Source: Malacoraja senta (taxonomy: Eukaryota). Taken from it: 64,000 bases of DNA. The translations under genes were made by a program, and so were the position numbers. A model generated the notes under the pieces. That model saw nothing but the letters and a program-made list of their open reading frames with translations, did no database searches and had not been told where the DNA came from. Below, one piece after another: positions 39,121 to 49,527 of this stretch (position 1 is the first letter of the stretch; the number at the start of each line of letters is the position of its first letter). Location: contig CM075996.1 of NCBI GenBank assembly GCA_038087875.1, positions 7,194,001 through 7,258,000 on the forward strand, read 5' to 3'.

Positions 39121-40334
39121 TTAGGGAACTGACAATGGAAAAGACACAAAGTGCTGGAGTAACTCGGCGGGTCAGGCAGCATCTCTGGTAAACATGGATA
39201 GTTGAAGTGTAGAACGGTAGATAATGATTTAAATACCAAAGATAGATACAAAATGCTGGAGTAACTCAGCAGGTCAGGCAGCATCTTTGGTGAACATGCA
39301 TAGGTGGAGTTTGGAAACAAAGAATTGGGCCTGTACAGGAAGGTAACTGCAGATGCTGGTTTAGGCCAAAGATAGACACAAAGTGCTGGAGTAACTCTGT
39401 GGGTCCCGGCAGCATTCTGGAGAAAAAGGATGGGTGATGTTTCTAGTTGGACCCTTCTTCAGACTCAGACTTCAAACTGCAGATGCTGGTTTATACCAAA
39501 GATGGGCAGAAAGTGCTGGAGTAACTCAGTGGGTCAGACACATCACCCATTCCTTCTCTCCAGAGATGCTGCCTGTTCTGCTGAGTTACTCCAGCTTATT
39601 GTGTCTATCTTCTTTTAAACCAGCACCTGCGGTTCCTTCCTCCACATGGAAACAGTTCAGTTTAGTTGATTGTCACGTGTACCAAGGTACAGTGAAAAGC
39701 TTTTTTGTTGCGTGCTAACCGGAAAGACGATACATGATTACAATCGATACAGGACAATGGGAAGAAGAGCATGGTACACAAAAATGCTGGAGAAACTCAG
39801 CGGGTGCAGCAGCATCTATGGAGCGAAGGAAATAGGTAACGTTTCGGGCCGAAGAGCATAGTTGGATTAAGAAAGGCTGCTGCTGGCGTAGAGGTTGAAT
39901 AGAGTGGAGCGATTGATTGCAGATTCACCTCTGGGACCAGCTCGCAGAGACTTGCCTGGGTCGGGGCATCATCTGATTGTTTTTTCAGGCCCTTCAGCCC
40001 ACTGAGTCCACACCGACCCTCGACCACCCGTTCACACTAGTTCTCATCCACTCCCTACACTCCAGAGATGCCTACATCCCTACATTCCTTCTCTCCACAG
40101 ATGCCGCCCGCCCCGCTGAGTTACTCCAGCTTTTTGTGCCTATCTTCAGAAACTCAGGCAGTCCCAGGGATAACATGCAAACTCCACACACACAGCACCC
40201 AAGGTCAGGATCGAACTGGGGTCTCTGGCGCTGTGAGGCAGCGGCACTACCGGCTGCCCCAGTGTTCAGTAAGGGGCATCCCATTGCAGCCTGGAGCTGA
40301 TTATCACGAGACTCCTGACGGGCACCTGAAAAAG

Positions 40335-40840
40335 GGACCACATCACCCCGATTCTGGCCTCTCTCCACTGGCTCCCAGTGCGGTTCCGAACCAATTTCAA
40401 GCTCCTTCTTTATGTATACAAAGCCCTTAACGGGCTTGCCCCCACCTACATCAAAAATCTGCTAACCCACCATTCTACCTCCAGGTCCCTCAGATCGGCC
40501 GACTTGGGGTTACTGACCATCCCGCAGTCTAGGCATAAGCTCAGGGACGACCGCGCTTTTGCGGTTGCAGCTCCTAGACTGTGGAACAGCATCCCTCTTC
40601 CCATCAGAACTGCCCCCTCCATCAACTCTTTTAAGTCTAGACTTAAAACCTATTTCTACTCTCAAGCCTTTCTTGAGGTCCTCTGAGGGAGCGCTGTATG
40701 TATGTATTTATGTATGTATGTATTGTTAGATCTATGTACCACTGTATGTTGCACGTTAGTACCTGCACTGATGTAAAGCACTTTGGTCAACGAGAGTTGT
40801 TTTTAAATGTGTTATAGAAATAGAATTGACTTGACTTGAC
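40335..40840 (+). mobile_element. L2-clade LINE 3' fragment
   Basis: HITPILASLHWLPVRFRTNFKLLLYVYKALNGLAP...RAFAVAAPRLWNSIP...FKSRLKT, the typical L2 ORF2 C-terminus; (TTGAC)n tail. Confidence 0.85.
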
Positions 40841-43499
40841 AATCACTTTCACATTGTTACACTCACATGTGGAAGGCAAGGATACTGGAGAGAGGGTGCT
40901 GATGACTTGCACATCTCTGGACTGCTTTGACAGTTCGGACAACACAATTCCGCTCATTGTAAAACGTCAGGAAAAGGTTAGGAGCTGGAGCCACAGATTA
41001 TCAGGCAACCAAGTCACGGAGGCTTACAGAAACGAAGGCCATGCCAACCACCAACTACCCATCGATAGTATGTGCAGGAAGGAACTGCAGATGTTGGCTT
41101 AAGCCGCAGATAGACACAAGAAGCTGGAGTAACTCAGCGGGTCAGGCAGCACCTCTGGAGAGAAGGAATAGGTGACGTTTCGGGTCGAGACTCTTCTTCA
41201 GACACTTTCCTCCAGAGATGCTGTCTGAGTCTGAAGAAGGGTTTCGGCCCGAAACGTTACCTATTTCCTTCGCTCCATAGATGCTGCTGCACCCGCTGAG
41301 TTTCTCCAGCATTTTTTTTTTTTTTTTTGTGTACCTTCGATTTTCCAGCATCTGCAGTTCCTTCTTTAACAACATGCTGTCTGACCTGCTGAGTTACTCC
41401 AGCCTTTTGTGTTGTATCTACCCATCTATAGTACACCCCTTTAACCAGCACCTCTTTGTGTTGTCAAACTCAAGTGTACACCCAGTTACTTTGGTTTAGT
41501 TTATTTGAGAGATACAGTGTGGGAGCAGGCCCTTCGGCCCATTGAGTCCGCACCGACCAGTGATCACCTATGTGCTAGCCCACACTGGGGGACAACTTAC
41601 AGAAGGGTAGGTTTTCTCCGGGTGCTCCAGTTTCCTCCGGCTTTCTAAAATAGTGTAGATTTGTGGATTCATTGGCTTCTGTAAATTAACGTGATACAGT
41701 GGGGAGACAGGCCCTTCGGCCCAACTTGCCCATACTGGCCAACATGTCCCAGCTGCACGAGTCCCACCTTGGTCCATATCCCTCCAACCATGTTCCATCC
41801 ATGTACCTGTCCAACTGTTTCTTAAAAGTTGGGACAGTCACTGTTAAAATAGTTGAAATGTAAATTGAACGTTGAATTTGCCTCCAGTGTGTAGGATGGA
41901 GCTAGTGTACGGGGTGAGCGCTGGTCAACATGGACGTTCCATGCTGTATCTCTAAACTAAACTAAACAACACGATCTGTTGTTTTGGGTGCTGTCTGTAC
42001 GGAGTTTGCACGTTCTCCCTGTGACGGCGTGGGTTTTCTCCGGGTGCTCCGGTTTCCTCCCACACGCCAAAGACGTGCAGTTTTGTAGGTTAATTGGCTT
42101 CGGTAAAAATTGTAAATTGCCCCTAGTATGTACGATAGAATTAGTGTACATGTGATCGCTGGTCGGCGAGGACTCGGTGGGCTGAAGGGTCTGTTTCCAC
42201 CGAAGATAGACACAAAACAAAGACTTACCATTCTCACAGAGAGTTGTGAGTCTGTGGAATTCTCTGCCTCAGAGGGCGGTGGAGGCCGGTTCTCTGGATG
42301 CTTTCAAGAGAGAGCTAGATAGGGCTCTTATAAATAGCGGAGTCAGGGGATATGGGGAGAAGGCAGGAACGGGGTACTGATTGGGAATGATCAGCCATGA
42401 TCACATTGAATGGCGGTGCTCGCTCGAAGGGCCAAATGGCCTACTCCTGCACCTATTGTCTATTGTCTATTATCTATTGTCTATTGTCAAAAGGATTATT
42501 AAGGGTTTGGACACGCTAGAGGCAGGAAACATGTTCCCGATGTTGGGGGAGTCCAGAACCAGGGGCCACAGTTTAAGAATAAGGGGTAAGCCATTTAGAA
42601 CGGAGACGAGGAAACACTTTTTCACACAGAGTTGTGAGTCTGTGGAAATCTGCCTCAGAGGGCGGTGGAGGCCGGTTCTCTGGATACATTCAAGAGAGAG
42701 CTAGATAGGACTCTTAAAGACAGCGGAGTCAGGGGATATGGGGAGAAGGCAGGAACTGGGTACTGATTGGGGTTGATCAGCCATGATCACATTGAATGGT
42801 GGTGCTGGCTCGAAGGGCCGAATGGCCTACTCCTGCACCTATTGTCTATTGTCAAAAAGCTGAACTGCAGGACAGGCAGCTGGAGAGAAGGAATGGGTGA
42901 CATTTCGGGTCGAGACCCTTCCTCAGGCCTGTTTCCACGCTGTACCCCTTAAACTAATTCAAACTAGTACCATTTGTAGCTATTAAAACTAGTCTGAAGA
43001 AGGGTTTCGGCCCAAAACGTTGCCTATTCCCTTCGCTCCATAGATGCTGGCGCACCCTCTGAGTTTCTCCAGCACTTCGATTTTCCAGCATCTGCAGTTC
43101 CTTCGTAACCATTTGCAGGTTGACTGGCCTTGGTAAAAAATTGTAAATTGTCCCTCGTGTGTGGGGATAGGGCAAGTGTGCGGGGATCGCTGGTCGGCGC
43201 GGACTCGGTGGGCTGAAGGGCCTATTTCCGCGCTGTATCTCAAAACTAAACTAAACCAAACTGTACTAAATGAACTCAGTGAGCATGTCAAAACATGAAG
43301 AGAATGATTGGTAGCACAGTGTTAGAATCACCATCATTTTTGTTCGTGATTCACCGTGTCACTGTGGAAACGTATATCGGAGGTGATTGAAGAGACACAG
43401 GTTAGATTATAAGCTCCATCTAAACTGCCTTATCCAGGTAGTATCATGTCAGACAGAAGCTGTGATGACATTCCTCCCTTCACCAAAGTTCTGAAGTAG

Positions 43500-44005
43500 A
43501 TATTGTCAAGCTTGAAAGGGTTCAGAGAAGATTTACGAGGATGTTGCCAGGACTAGAGGGTGTGAGCTATAGGGAGAGGTTGAGTAGGCCGGGTCTCAAT
43601 TCCTTGGAGCGCAGGAGGGAGGATGAGGGGTGATCTTATAGATGTGTACAAAATCATGAGGGGAATAGATCGGGTAGATGCACAGAGTCTCTTGCCCAGA
43701 GTAGGGGAATCGAGGACCAGAGGACATAGGTTCAAGGTGAAGGGGAAAAAAATTAATAGGAATCTGAGGGGTAACTTTTTCACACAAAGGGTGGTGGGTG
43801 TATGGAACGAGCTGCCAGAGGAGGTGGTTGAGGCTGGGACTATCCCAATGATTAAGAAACAGTTAGACAGGTACATGGATAGGACAGGTTTGGAGGGATA
43901 TTGGCCAAGTGCAGGCAGGTGGGACTAGTGTAGCTGGGACATGTTGGCCGGTGTGGGCAAGTTGGGCCGAAGGGCCTGTATCCACACTGTATCACTCTAT
44001 GACTC
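43500..44005 (+). mobile_element. CR1 LINE 3' fragment of a second subfamily (similar copies at about 15010-15640, 28210-28630, 29420-29975)
   Basis: RGDLIDVYKIMRGIDRV...FFTQRVVGVWNELP. The 3' end GGGCCGAAGGGCCTGT..CTGTATCACTCTATGACTCT is shared with the V-SINE tail. Confidence 0.85.
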
Positions 44006-45002
44006 TCCAGTAGGAATAAGTTTTAGTTTAGAGATACAGTGTTGAAACAGGCCCTCCGAGTTCACGCCAACCATTGCTCACCCATTCACACTAGTTCTGT
44101 TATCCCACTTTCCCTGCACACTAGGGGCAATTTGCAGTTGGACGATTAACCTACAGAATTAACATACAAATCAATTAACCCGAGTTGAGTTTAGTTTAAA
44201 GATACAGTGGGGAAACAAGCCCTTCGGCCCACCGAGTCCGCGTCGACCAGCGATCTCTCCTGCACTATTTCTATCCCACACACTGGGGACAATTTACAGA
44301 GGCCAAGTAATCTACAAATGCCCTCACGGTGGCACAGCGGTAGAGTTGCTGCCTTACAGCGAATACAGCGCCGGAGACCCCGGTTCAATCCCGACTACGG
44401 GTGCTGTCTGTACGGAGTTTGCCCGTGACCTGCGTGGGTTTTCTCCGAGTTCTTCGGTTTCCTCCCACACTCCAAAGACGTGCAGGTTTGCAGGTTAATT
44501 GGCTTGGTGTAAATGTAAAAATAGTTCCTAGTGGGTGTAGGACAGTGTTAGTGTGCGGGGATCGCTGGTCGGCACGGACCCGGTGGGCCGAAGGGCCTGT
44601 TTCCGCGCTGTATCTGTAAACTAAACTAAACCCGCACGTCTTTGGGATGTTGGAGGAAAACAGAGCACAAGGAGGAAACCCACCCGGTCACGGGGTGAAG
44701 GTGCAAACTCCACACAGAGAGCAGCCGAGGTCAGGATTGAACCCGGGTCTTTGGCGCAGTGAGGCAGCGGCTGTGCCGCCCTAATGGATGTATGAAGGGG
44801 CTATGCAGCTGAGCAGGCTTGCAAGGTTGAATAATGGATGGGGGCCATTTGGCCCATTGAGTCCATGCTAGCTAGTGGTAGAGGATTCAGTCAGTCCCGT
44901 CCTCTTTTCCTTTAACCTCCAAATTATTCTCCTTAAGGTTCCCGTCCTAATCCTTTGGAAAGGGCGGCACGGTGGCGGCGCAGTGGTGGAGTTGCTGCCT
45001 TA

Positions 45003-45587
45003 AGGCTCTGTCTTACCTGTTTGCGGTCATCGGCGGTGAAGCGCGGTGTCGCCGGTAGCGAGGACCGCGCGGCAACGGCGAGAGCGTCGAGCCTATCCAC
45101 CGGAGCGCCGCACGGATGCTGCGCGGGGGCCGAGTTAATTCAAACACGGCGGGTCCCACGTGCTTGCGGTAAGTTAAAAAAAGGGCGGGCCGACTGCGAT
45201 GACGTCGGCCCGCCGCACGTGACTCACCCGCGGCGGCTGTGGCGGCGGCCATCCTGATCGCGGCGCTGTAGCGGTGGCTGTGCCTGCGGCCATGCAGCAC
45301 ACGTGCGTCACTGGCGGCGGCTGTGGCAGTGGAGGTTTGACGCACGGCGCTCGAGCCACACTGGCGGCGGCCCGTGCGAGCGGCCGTGCCGCACTTGTGC
45401 ATCACTGATGGAGGTTGTGCGGTGAGTATTTGGTTTTGGACATTGTCGATTTTATTTTAGCACCGCGCGGTGTTGGGAACACCGCCGCACGTCCCCGGGA
45501 ATTGTACGTTCTCACGAGTGCGCGGTCTATGGCGGCAGATTCTTCCCGTTTCGCCGCCATAGACCGCAGACTCGTGAGACAGGCCTT
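45003..45587. mobile_element. PIF/Harbinger-like MITE, CpG-rich type (585 bp), inserted in a V-SINE
   Basis: Termini AGGCTCTGTCTTAC / GTGAGACAGGCCTT; TTA duplicated within the SINE motif GTTGCTGCC-TTA-CAGCGCC. Confidence 0.8.
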
Positions 45588-46194
45588 TTACAGCGCCAGT
45601 GACTCGAGTTCGATACTGACGTGGGGTGCTGTCTGTACGGAGTTAGTACTTTCTCCCCGTGACCTGCGTGGGTTTTCTCCGGGTGCCCCGGTTTCCTCCC
45701 GCACTCCAAAGACGCGCAGGTTTGTAGGTTAATTGGCTTCGGTAAAAATTGTAAATTGTCCCTAATGTGAATCGTGCTAGTGTAATGGGGATCGCTGGTC
45801 GGCGCGGCCTCGGTGGGCCGAAGGCCCAGTTTCTGCGCTGTATCTCAACACTAAACTAAACTAAACCAATCCCTGGAGAAAAAGGATGGGTGACGTTTCA
45901 AGTTGGAACACTTCTTCAGACTGCTGTATTTCTTTCCCATTGCTTGGCTATAAGCTTGTAAGTTATAGGAGCAGAATTGGGTCAATAGACAATAGACAAT
46001 ATGTGCTGGAGTAGGCCATTCGGCCCTTCGAGCCAGCATGCGCGACATTAGCGTTCACGCAGTGCAACAGCGACGAACGGGAGTACAAGGCGCTCCCGCT
46101 ACAAGTTTAAAAAGCGGCCCATCAGGTAAGTACTTACTCTGAGGTCGTAATAGCAAGCTTGCTCTGCTCTGTAATTCCAGGTCAAACTGGGGAA

Positions 46195-47422
46195 ATGAGC
46201 AAAGCACGGCAAGCAAAGAAAACCGCCCCCCGTTCGACTCCAACAGAACCGGAGGGTCCCATCAGTGGGGGGCGAGAGGCGGCACCTGGACCGCTCATGC
46301 TGCGGTCCACCCTCATCGAGACCGAGCCGAGCCCAGTACCGCTAGCGCAGCCTGAGGAGCAGCAGCGGGCTGGAGGCAAATCAAGACAAAAAAACATACC
46401 GGCCGGTTATGTCTGACTCCGATGAGGAGGGTCTGCCTGAGAGCGGAAGAGGTAGCCGCCTGAGCCGAATGGAAAGGCTCATGGAGCAACTGCTCCAGCA
46501 AGACTTGCTTCGGGAGCTGGAGCAGTCTCACACAGGGGGATCAGGCACTCCCACAGCAGTACCTTACAATGCACTGGCCATTGCTTCCCCCTCAGCCGAG
46601 GGCAGCATTGGCGACCAGGACTGGGCTGGTCAGGAACAGGGGTCATTGGCTGAAGATATCGGGAGTACGCTTGGGGTACAGGACCAGGAAGAGCTGCTGG
46701 GTGTGGTGAATCGCTACGTGGTTACACCACGAGCAGGGCTGCCGTTGCAGCCAAAACTAGCGTCCAGCATTAACCACCTATCCCTCAAACCCCTACAAGA
46801 TCAGGTACTTAATGAGGCACTAGAACTCTACTCGCCTCCGGAGAACTGCAGTTCGCTTAATGTACCGGCCGTTAACAGCCAAATCTGGGGGTATGTTGGA
46901 CAGAGTATCCGGAGCCATGAGCTAAAATTACAACGTATCCTCAAGCTCCTAACAACAGGGATAACATCCTATGCTCGTTCCGTGGATGGGGTGGTTATGA
47001 CCACAAACCAGCAAGACACTCTGGCTCTGCTGTGCAACACCCAATACGAGATCAACAACCTCCGCAAGGAGATAATAAGACCTGCCCTCAATCCCAGGTA
47101 TGCAGGACTGTGTAAAACACCGGCCTCAGAGCCACAGATCCTGCTATTCGGGAAGGACTTGACAAAACAAGTAAAAGACCTGGAGGACGAGGCCAAAGCA
47201 TTCGGCCTCATGAGGGCAGGCCACGGAACGAGCAGACCCACACAACCCAGACGGCAGTACCCCACTGCGTTCACCAGTCTAAGACAAACATTCAGGACTG
47301 GTGAAAGCTCGGGGTCCGCATTCCATCCCCGAAAGCCTTTTTTAGGCCAGGGCCCAGAGCGGACCCCATGGAAAATGCGCCACCCCAACCAACAGGACAT
47401 CCAGCAGTACAACGGCGGATGA
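46195..47422 (+). pseudogene. DIRS ORF1 (gag-like)
   Basis: 337 aa ORF 46409-47422 plus an upstream segment from ATG 46195. Removing one A from the A-run at about 46388-46394 joins them (KSRQKTYRPVMSDSDEE). Confidence 0.7.
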
Positions 47423-47435
47423 AGAAACAGAAGCA

Positions 47436-49012
47436 ATGAACACTCCCATAACTATGGAGGTAGGTGGGTCTGGTTCCTACCAGCATATAAAAAGTGGGGG
47501 GACTGTACTAACAGGGGGGAGATTACACCTGTTCATTGAAGCATGGAGGTGTCTCACGAATGATAGTTATATACTTAACAGTATTCGGGGATACAAAATA
47601 GAGTTCATTCAAGGAAACATGCCACCAGTTCAGCACGTACCCCAAAGGGTCTTTACCCTCTCAGTCAAAGAGAAACTAGAGGCTCAAGCAGAACTGGTGA
47701 GGTTACTTACAAAGGATGTCATTGAGAAATCCAAACATGAGCCTTTGGAATTTGTCTCAAATATATTTACCAAAAACAAAAAAGATGGTGGATGTCGCAT
47801 CATCATTGACTTAACCTCACTAAATACCTTTGTTAAGTATGTACATTTCAAAATGGAAACATTTGTAACTGCTAAACAACTGATTTCCAAAGGATACTTT
47901 ATGGGAAGCATTGATTTAAAAGATGCCTACTATTCAGTACCCATTCATAAGGGTCATCGCAGATACCTGAAATTTACCTGGATGGGGCAACTATGGCAGT
48001 ATAAAGCGTTGCCTAATGGGTTGACATCAGCCCTAGACTATTTACCAAGATATTAAAACCAGCCTTGGCAACATTAAGGAAACAAAGACATATTGTCATG
48101 GCATAACTTGATGATATCCTAATAGTTGGCAAAACCATGGAGTTGGCTAAATCAGCTGTATTAGCTACCAAACAATTGTTTGAAACCCTGGGATTTGTCA
48201 TACATCCAGATAAATCTAAGTTGACGCCATCTACAACTATGGACTATCTGGGATTCACAATTAACTCAGTCCACATGTCTGTAACGTTGCCAAAAGGTAA
48301 AGCAGCAGAATTGGCACAGACGTGCAACAATTTAATGGTTAGCAATCGACCAACCATCCGACAAGTGGCAAGAGTAATTGGCAAAATGGTAGCAGCATTT
48401 CCAGCTACACAATTTGGACCCCTGCACTATCAGAACCTACAAAGGGCAAAAGTACAGGCGTTGAAACGACATGCAGGTCACTTTGACCGAACCATGAAAT
48501 TACCCATTGAAGCAATATCAGAGTTACAATGGTGGATAGAACACATTTGGCATAGTTCCAGCCCTATCATCATCAATAACCCAACATTAATTATACAAAC
48601 AGATGCCAGTGCTCAAGGCTGGGGAGCAACTAATACCATATCCAGCACAGGTGGTAGATGGACTAACCTAGAATCATCTTTACTATAAACACTGGGCACA
48701 AATTACTTGGAAATGTTGGGTGCGTTTTATGGTTTAAAAGCATATTCTACGGATGTGCACCATTTGCATGTTCGTTTACAAATTAATAATACCACGGTGG
48801 TGGCCTATATTAACCATATGGGCGGAATAAAATCGATATCATGTGACAATTTGGTCAACAAAATCTGGCAATGGTATGTCGATAGACATATTTGGCTATC
48901 AGCAACTTACCTACCAGGTAAGCTAAATACAGTGGCAGACACCAGGTCACGCAAATTCAATGATAACACCGAATGGATGTTAAATCCTAGAGCTTTTGCT
49001 AAAATGGCGTAA
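47436..49012 (+). pseudogene. DIRS pol (reverse transcriptase and RNase H), inactivated
   Basis: Frameshift near 48035, TAA replacing Tyr of YLDD at about 48104, and an in-frame stop at 48686-48688. Confidence 0.9.
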
Positions 49013-49527
49013 TTGCTACCCCAAAGAATACAATTACGTCTATTCAATGTGATCATGGCTGATCATCCCCAATCAGTACCCCGTTCCTGCCTTCTCCCCA
49101 TATCCCCTGACTGCGCTATCTTTAAGAGCTCTATCTAGCTCTCTCTTGAAAGTATCCAGAGAACCGGACTCCACCTCCCTCTGAGGCAGAGAATTCCACA
49201 GACTCACAACTCTCTGTGTGAAAATGTGTTTCCTCATCTCCTTTCTAAATGGCTTACCCCTTATTCTTAAACCATGGCCCCTGGTTCTGGACTCCCCCAA
49301 CATCGGGAACATGTTTCCTGCCTCTAGCGTGTCCAAACCCTTAATGATCTTATATGTTTCAATAAGATATCCTCTCATCCTTCTAAATTCCAGTGTATAC
49401 AAGCCCAGCCGCTCCATTCTATCAACATATGACAGTCCCGCCATCCCGGGAATTAACCTGGTGAACCTATGCTGCACTCCCTCAATAGCAAGAATGTCCT
49501 TCCTCAAATTTGTAGACCAAAATTGCA

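Larger units (their letters stand above)
46039..49041 (+). mobile_element. DIRS1-like tyrosine-recombinase retrotransposon, internal gag-pol fragment (no YR, no recognisable terminal repeats)
   Basis: gag-like ORF1, then pol with GGRL..F..AW, IDLKDAY, LPNGLTSAPRLFTK, (Y>*)LDD, RNase H IQTDASAQGWGA and NTVADTRSR..EWML. Ends where the DIRS1 methyltransferase-like domain normally starts. Confidence 0.9.

Noticed and set aside
38436..39124. ORFs rich in ER/K or SLF
   Set aside because: Translations of the TC low-complexity tract.
44955..45405. GC-rich ORFs or CpG island as a second gene's first exon
   Set aside because: The GC-rich block lies within a TIR- and TSD-bounded MITE inside a SINE.
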